DNA from: Spirochaetia bacterium
Lineage (GTDB): Bacteria > Spirochaetota > Spirochaetia > UBA9216
Direction: 5' to 3'
Assembly (NCBI GenBank): GCA_963677925.2
Contig: CAXXYH010000004.1
Location: 1,280,001 to 1,344,000, forward strand
Length of the DNA stretch: 64,000 bases
Below, in pieces: positions 58,476 to 64,000 of this stretch. Position 1 is the first letter of the stretch. Every line of letters starts with the position of its first letter. Both the position numbers and the translations under genes were made by a program. A model generated the notes under the pieces. That model saw only the letters and a list, made by a program, of their open reading frames with translations. It was not told where the DNA came from and made no database searches.

Positions 58476-59421
58476 ACCTGTACTTGTAACGAAATCGCTT
58501 AAAAAGGTATTTAACTCCGGAAAGAATAATATAAAAGCCGTGGACGGTATTTCACTTTCAATCGGGCGCGGGGAGATCCTCGGCGTAGTAGGGGAGTCCG
58601 GCTGCGGTAAATCAACCCTCGGGCGGACAATACTCAGGCTGGTGGAACCCACATCCGGGGAGGTAAATGTCTGCGGAATGGATATAACCTCTCTGAACCG
58701 GAGGCAGCTTAAAGACGCCAGGCAGAAGATGCAGATGATATTTCAGGATCCCTTCGGTTCGCTCAACCCCAGGCGTTCCGTCTACGATATTATAGCGCAG
58801 TCGGTACGGACCCACCATCTTGCTTCATCGAAGGAAGATGAAGCACTGATGATTGAATATGTTCTTCGTGATGTAGGCTTGGACCCGGATGTGTTTCTGT
58901 CAAAATACCCGGCATCGATGAGCGGCGGGCAGCTTCAGAGAGTGAGCATGGCAAGGGTTCTTGTGCTGAAGCCTGAGTTCATAGTTGCCGACGAGCCGGT
59001 CTCTATGCTTGATGTTTCAATCAGGATCGGGATTCTGAAGCTGCTGAAAAAAATTAGGGATGAGCATAACATCTCATTTCTGTATATAACCCATGACCTG
59101 TCAACTGCAAGGTATATCTGCGACCGGATATCAATTCTCTACCTCGGTGCTGTAATGGAATCCGGACCGACCGAGACAATTCTTCAGTCTCCAATGCACC
59201 CCTACACAAAGGCTTTGATTGCGGCCGTGCCCTGTACGGACCCTTCATTAAAGGAGGAGGATATTCCTATCAAGGGTTTTGTTCCTGTAGACTACAGCCT
59301 GCTTGATAACCGCTGCCGTTTTGCCGACAGATGCCCGCAGGCTTTTGATAAGTGCTTCAGTGAAGCGCCGAAGGAATCGGAGCAGGGAGATAAGCACAGG
59401 GTGAGCTGTCATTTGTATTAA
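58468..59421 (+). CDS. Opp/Dpp-family ABC ATP-binding protein (DppF-like)
   Basis: [25 protein letters not shown]; GGAG RBS before ATG 58468. Confidence 0.92.
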   Translation: MTEPVLVTKSLKKVFNSGKNNIKAVDGISLSIGRGEILGVVGESGCGKSTLGRTILRLVEPTSGEVNVCGMDITSLNRRQLKDARQKMQMIFQDPFGSLNPRRSVYDIIAQSVRTHHLASSKEDEALMIEYVLRDVGLDPDVFLSKYPASMSGGQLQRVSMARVLVLKPEFIVADEPVSMLDVSIRIGILKLLKKIRDEHNISFLYITHDLSTARYICDRISILYLGAVMESGPTETILQSPMHPYTKALIAAVPCTDPSLKEEDIPIKGFVPVDYSLLDNRCRFADRCPQAFDKCFSEAPKESEQGDKHRVSCHLY

Positions 59422-59460
59422 TCTGATTTGAATTAAGGGCATGTCTAATAGCCCCGAACT

Positions 59461-59503
59461 AAAAAAAAGGGGCTGACTAAGATTCGTTTTTGTCAGCCCC
59501 TTT
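59461..59503. terminator. Bidirectional terminator between ABC operon and glycyl radical enzyme gene
   Basis: AAAGGGGCTGAC...GTCAGCCCCTTT with A8 upstream. Confidence 0.82.
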
Positions 59504-59525
59504 CTATTTTACAGGTCAGGATTTG

Positions 59526-61922
59526 CTACATCGCCTGTTCTGTCCGGGCAATTATTTCATCCTGAACTCTGGAAGTTAAGGTTACATAATAGGTGCTGTA
59601 TCCGGCAACGCGGATTATCAGATCCCTGTACTTGTCTTTTTCCACCTTTGCCGCTTCCAGGGTTTCCCGGCTGACGACGTTCAGCTGGATCTGCTTTCCC
59701 CCGCTTATAAGATATGTTTTTACCATTGATGCAAGCTTCCTGAGATCTTCATCCGTTTTCAGGGTTCCCGGATGAAACTTCATGTTCAGAAGTGTTGCCA
59801 TGTATTCATCCTGCGGGATCTTCATGGCGCTCTGCAGTGCTGCAAGCGGCCCCTTGCGATCCATGCCCTGAACCGGAGAAATCGAGCCGTCCGCAAAGGT
59901 TTCTCCGTCTTTACGGCCGTCCGGTGTTGCGCTTGTCATCGCACCGCCGGGGGCATGAGCAGTTATTGATATTGCTGTGGGCAGTACCTTTGCATCAAAA
60001 ATTGAAGTGAACTCCTGAACTATTTCAGCAAAATCATGCCAGAACCTGCCTGCTATGTCATCTACAAAGGCGTCGTTGTTTCCGTACTTCGGCGCATCAA
60101 GGCAGAGTTTTCTTAAATCTTCGTAGCCTTCCCAGTTTGCCCGAAGGGCTTTAATCATGGTATCGGCGGGAATGCTTTTGTCTTCAAAGACGAGCTTTTT
60201 AACGGCGGCCAGGGAATCTACTGTGTTGGCCATACCTACTACATTGATCGCAGAACCGTTTTCAAAAGGCAGTCTTCGATCAAGGCCGTCACGTCCCGCC
60301 TTCATGGCATCATGGAGGAAGGCGCTTGTCACTACATCGGGGTAGAGTTCCCTCTGAACCATCAGAAGGATATTGTGTTCCTCGACGACCATTCCAATGA
60401 AATGTCTGCACTGTTCAAGAAATGCCCGGTAAAAATCTTCAAAGCTTTCAAATGATTCGAACTCACCTGTTTCAAGGCCCAGCAGTTCACCGCTTTTAGG
60501 TTCACGTCCATTATAAAGCGCAGTTTCAAGGTACATCGGTATTATGCTCATTCCGAAGGCCTGATTGCGGGATTTCCCGGGCAGCATGAGATCCATGCAT
60601 CCGGCAATGGCAAACTCCCGGGCTTCCTCTACCGGAATTCCCTGCTTTGTTATGAAGTTTATATAACTGTCTTCAGATATAAAAGCAGGCATTCCTGCAC
60701 CGGTTCTAACGACCTCCATTCCCTTGGCTATAAAATCTATGGGAGTGTCTTTTCCGACCCGCATGGTAAGTGTATGGTGAGGCGTCTGGCAGTCAAGCGC
60801 GGCTTCAAGCATGAGATATGATAACTCATTGGTGACATCCTTGCCGCTGCTGTCGCAGCCTCCTATAATAAAATTATGCCAGCGTGCCATTCCAGCCCAT
60901 TTTTCACGCTGGTTTTTACCGCCGCCCACAAAATTAAGCTGCATTATCTTTAATCTGAGGCATTCGAAAAGTTCAAGAGCCTCATCCCTCGTGATTCTGC
61001 CTTCTTCGAGATCAGCCTTGTACAGGGGCCAGAGGTACTGATCCATACGGCCGCCCGGCTGGGCCCCGTGTGCAACCATCATCCAGTAGAAGAAGAAAAA
61101 CTGAATACCTTCCCTGAATGTCCGTGCGGGATGCTCGGGGATATGCCGGCAGATTTCAGCGATCTGAATAAGTTCTTTTTTCCGCTTCTCATCATTTTCG
61201 TCACTGGCCATGGTTTCGGCCAGATCAGCGTAGCGTCCTGCCAGTCTGATTATCGCCGGAAGCGCAATCAGGGATGCCTTGTAAAAATTAGCCTTTGTTA
61301 CTGATTCTGCATCATAATAACGGAGTTCAAGAAGTTTCTGACGGGCCTCTTCTATAAAGGGGCCGATTCCTGTATGTATGATTCTTCCGTAGTCGGGACA
61401 GTTCAATGTTGTCGGGCCCATTCCCAGGCCCCAGCCCATTCCGGCTGCTCCCTGTCCGCGGCCCAGATCTTTCCTCTCCCAGGGCGGGCAGAGAAAACCG
61501 CGTTTGATAAAGGGCCACAACCGCTCATCATTGTAATGGAAGCCCTGGCGTTCATCCTGTGTCCGCCCCTTTCCGCTGTAATAATCATCCATGCTGCGGA
61601 TGGTTTTTCTGTCCTCTTCCGAGAGATATATCTGTCCTCCGGACAGCAGGTCGTCGAGATCATCATCCGGCCACCCCGGTCCGCCTGAGCCCATCTCCAT
61701 GCCCATCGGCTTGCTGGCAATGTTTCCGATTATAAGTTCATCCGGTTCGATGAAGATTGTCTTGTTGTCAAGATAATCGGCAGTTGCCTGCGCACGTCTG
61801 ACTATCTGCGGCCATCCGTCATTCTGCTTGAAAGAATTTAAAACTATTTCTGCTTTCTCTACACAAATTGGAAACTTATCTACTCTTAAAGCTTCCCTGA
61901 GCCTTTTTATTCTGTCATTCAT
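59526..61922 (-). CDS. Glycyl radical enzyme (PFL2/eliminase-like superfamily), unknown reaction
   Basis: DELIIG, GRMDQYL, PKYGNND, C-terminal glycyl motif IIRVAGYS, single-Cys loop IAGCMDL. Confidence 0.9.
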   Translation of the reverse strand: MNDRIKRLREALRVDKFPICVEKAEIVLNSFKQNDGWPQIVRRAQATADYLDNKTIFIEPDELIIGNIASKPMGMEMGSGGPGWPDDDLDDLLSGGQIYLSEEDRKTIRSMDDYYSGKGRTQDERQGFHYNDERLWPFIKRGFLCPPWERKDLGRGQGAAGMGWGLGMGPTTLNCPDYGRIIHTGIGPFIEEARQKLLELRYYDAESVTKANFYKASLIALPAIIRLAGRYADLAETMASDENDEKRKKELIQIAEICRHIPEHPARTFREGIQFFFFYWMMVAHGAQPGGRMDQYLWPLYKADLEEGRITRDEALELFECLRLKIMQLNFVGGGKNQREKWAGMARWHNFIIGGCDSSGKDVTNELSYLMLEAALDCQTPHHTLTMRVGKDTPIDFIAKGMEVVRTGAGMPAFISEDSYINFITKQGIPVEEAREFAIAGCMDLMLPGKSRNQAFGMSIIPMYLETALYNGREPKSGELLGLETGEFESFESFEDFYRAFLEQCRHFIGMVVEEHNILLMVQRELYPDVVTSAFLHDAMKAGRDGLDRRLPFENGSAINVVGMANTVDSLAAVKKLVFEDKSIPADTMIKALRANWEGYEDLRKLCLDAPKYGNNDAFVDDIAGRFWHDFAEIVQEFTSIFDAKVLPTAISITAHAPGGAMTSATPDGRKDGETFADGSISPVQGMDRKGPLAALQSAMKIPQDEYMATLLNMKFHPGTLKTDEDLRKLASMVKTYLISGGKQIQLNVVSRETLEAAKVEKDKYRDLIIRVAGYSTYYVTLTSRVQDEIIARTEQAM

Positions 61923-61999
61923 AAAAAACCTTCCTCCGGAGGCAATTATCGCTGTTCCTATTGTGGGAAGGTCAAGTTTTTATTTGCTGATGAGAGTTT

Positions 62000-62902
62000 T
62001 CATTCCTCTTCATCCGCGCAGGCGGCCTGGTAGGTCTTTCTGAATTCGCTCGGGGTGTACTGCGTGGAATTATGAAACACAGTACAGAAGTAGTTGCTCG
62101 ATGAAAAGCCCGCGTCAAGGGCAATCTGGGTTACAGGCAGATCGGTTTCCGCAAGCTGCTGCTTGGCCCATTCGAGCTTTTTGAAGGTTATATAGTTTGC
62201 CGGCGGAAAGCCGACAATTTCCTTGAATTTACTTTTAAACCTGGACAGGGAATAGCCGGATATAGCCGCAAGTTCTTTAAGCTGCAGAGGTTCCTGAAAG
62301 TCCCTGTCGATAATATCAACAGCCCGTTTAATGTTCTCATCTGTAATATTTTTCTTCTGCTTGCGCACCGGAATGAATTCCGGAACCTTGAAAAGGAAGG
62401 TGCACAGGTACTGGACTCCCAGCATCAGAGAGAGGGGGTCTTTATCGCTGATATTGCTGAAAGCCAGGCTCAGCAGCTTCTGATCTGTTGAAGGGAAGCG
62501 CAGATGCCGGTATTCCAGGCTGCTGAGAATATCATAAAGAGCAAGGGAGTAGGTTTCGTTGAGTCCAAGCAGCTGCTTTTTTCTGCTTGTATCAATCTGC
62601 AGTGCAAAAAACGAGCAGGGGCTTAAATCAATACTGCTTGTATAATGAGGTTCGAAGGGGAATGAGATAAACATCTCGTTTCCGGTGATAGTGTAATCCT
62701 TATTATCAACATGACAGCTTCGTTTTCCTTTTATCAGGCAGTGTATCTCAATGATATCGGAATGGATATGGAGCGGGGTAGGCAGTGATGCTGTGGGCAT
62801 ATTCCAGTGTGCGAAGTTCTTCAGTCCGGAAATGCCGTGCTGGTCAAGAGTTATAACCTTGTTATGCTTCTCCCAGCAGTACTCATCTATGATTTCCAGC
62901 AT
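62000..62902 (-). CDS. AraC-family transcriptional regulator (cupin + HTH)
   Basis: LHIH...EIH...PFEPH cupin; LAAISGYS.SRF, GFSSSNYF..VF; AGGAGG RBS before ATG 62902. Confidence 0.92.
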   Translation of the reverse strand: MLEIIDEYCWEKHNKVITLDQHGISGLKNFAHWNMPTASLPTPLHIHSDIIEIHCLIKGKRSCHVDNKDYTITGNEMFISFPFEPHYTSSIDLSPCSFFALQIDTSRKKQLLGLNETYSLALYDILSSLEYRHLRFPSTDQKLLSLAFSNISDKDPLSLMLGVQYLCTFLFKVPEFIPVRKQKKNITDENIKRAVDIIDRDFQEPLQLKELAAISGYSLSRFKSKFKEIVGFPPANYITFKKLEWAKQQLAETDLPVTQIALDAGFSSSNYFCTVFHNSTQYTPSEFRKTYQAACADEEE

Positions 62903-63036
62903 TAAAAATCCCCTCCTGATGTTTGGAAAAGTACTAAAGATAATCCTGAATGTCCAATTTAAGCACACACTATTATACTACAAATGAATCCGAACCACTA
63001 ATAAAAATATGGATTCATACAGGAAGGACCTTGAGG

Positions 63037-63963
63037 ATGAGCAATTCAATTTCAAATGGTGTATGGCCGGTAATGCTTACACCGTATACGGAAGATAACA
63101 AAATCGATTATGACGGTGTACTTGAGATGCTTGACTGGTATGCAGCAGGCAAGGTAACCGGCATATTTGCCGTATGTCAGTCTAGTGAGATGTTTAAATT
63201 AACAAAGGAAGAACGTCTGACACTGGCTTCATTTATCATTAAAAACAGGCCGAAGGGTCTGGGTATAGTTGTCTCCGGACATGTTGCTCCGACTATAGAT
63301 GAACAGATTGAAGAAGCCCAGGCTGTTGTTGATGCGGGCGCCGATTCCTATGTTTTTATCTCAAACCAGTTTGCAGCTGCCGATGAGGGCGATGATGCTG
63401 CCAAAAAGAATATTGAGGCGCTTATCAACGGAGTTAAGGCAGACAGCTTCGGAATTTATGAATGTCCGCAGCCTTATAAAAGACTCATGTCTCCGGAACT
63501 TCTTGCATGGTGTGCACAGACCGGTAAATTCAGTTTTCTTAAGGACACCTGCTGCAGCCTCCCCGAACTGAAGGCAAAACTCAACGCCGTTGACGGAACA
63601 CCTCTTAAAATATTCAACGCAAATGCAGCAACACTGCTTGAGAGTCTGAAGATGGGTGCTGCCGGATACAGCGGTATCATGGCTAACTTTCATGCCGACC
63701 TTTACAGCTGGCTCTGCGCCAATTTTGAGAAAGAACCCAAAAAAGCTGAAATTCTTCAGGACCTGCTTGGTTTTGCAAGCACTATTGAATGCCAGATGTA
63801 TCCGGTTAACGCCAAGTATCACATGGAACTTGACGGACTGAATATTAATCTGTTCAGCAGGGTTCAGGATTTCACACAGTTCACTCCGAACCGTCAGATG
63901 GAGATAGAGCAGATGAGAAGATCGATAAATCTGATGAGATCTCAGATTGGAATTTGGAATTAA
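63037..63963 (+). CDS. Dihydrodipicolinate synthase/N-acetylneuraminate lyase family aldolase or dehydratase
   Basis: GVWPVMLTPY, FAVCQSSE, GIYECP, Schiff-base Lys in FLKDTC. Confidence 0.85.
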   Translation: MSNSISNGVWPVMLTPYTEDNKIDYDGVLEMLDWYAAGKVTGIFAVCQSSEMFKLTKEERLTLASFIIKNRPKGLGIVVSGHVAPTIDEQIEEAQAVVDAGADSYVFISNQFAAADEGDDAAKKNIEALINGVKADSFGIYECPQPYKRLMSPELLAWCAQTGKFSFLKDTCCSLPELKAKLNAVDGTPLKIFNANAATLLESLKMGAAGYSGIMANFHADLYSWLCANFEKEPKKAEILQDLLGFASTIECQMYPVNAKYHMELDGLNINLFSRVQDFTQFTPNRQMEIEQMRRSINLMRSQIGIWN

Positions 63964-64000
63964 CCCCAGACAGGGGAGATAATATATTCAACTAAAGGAG

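Noticed and set aside
59526-61922. Pyruvate formate-lyase (pflB) or choline TMA-lyase call
   Set aside because: It has no CC pair or RVSGY motif as in PFL, no GCVE loop as in CutC, and no adjacent activase or microcompartment genes.
238-63841. Numerous 60-170 aa ORFs nested in or antisense to the long genes
   Set aside because: They are shadow frames of well-supported CDSs, with no recognisable motifs.
63037-63963. Lysine biosynthesis dapA
   Set aside because: It has CQSSE instead of GTTGE and YECP instead of YNVP, with no dapB or asd in the window.
1-64000. rRNA, tRNA, CRISPR arrays, transposases, integrases, prophage or defence genes
   Set aside because: None was recognised; intergenic gaps are short and largely explained by promoters, terminators and the small repeats listed.

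Overview
A dense catabolic and transport region with no rRNA, tRNA, CRISPR array or transposase. It is probably from an anaerobic Spirochaetaceae-type bacterium, inferred from the A-[RG]-G-x-[QN]-E N-termini of the binding proteins. It holds four complete Opp/Dpp-family ABC importers, two of which are close paralogues. They are interleaved with hydrolases (CocE/NonD, alpha/beta esterases, type-B carboxylesterase, beta-lactamase-fold serine hydrolase, GH3 glucosidase, CapA-like metallophosphoesterase, C69 peptidase) and an MmgE/PrpD protein. Also present: an isomerase/split-transketolase/FGGY-kinase/DeoR cluster resembling D-apiose catabolism; an AT-richer XylFII-LytS-YesN-like sensor plus GguAB/ChvE-like sugar ABC block; a Zn-dehydrogenase/flavin ene-reductase pair; and an orphan glycyl radical enzyme with an atypical GCMD Cys loop next to an AraC regulator and a DHDPS-family aldolase. 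Most notable: the novel-looking glycyl radical enzyme, four hydrolases carrying Cu-amine-oxidase-N/stalk-like domains, several enzymes with replaced catalytic residues, a TGAA-N5-TTCA TetR operator set, a dispersed REP-like hairpin and an unannotated 48-aa gene. All family calls come from motif recognition by eye, not database searches.
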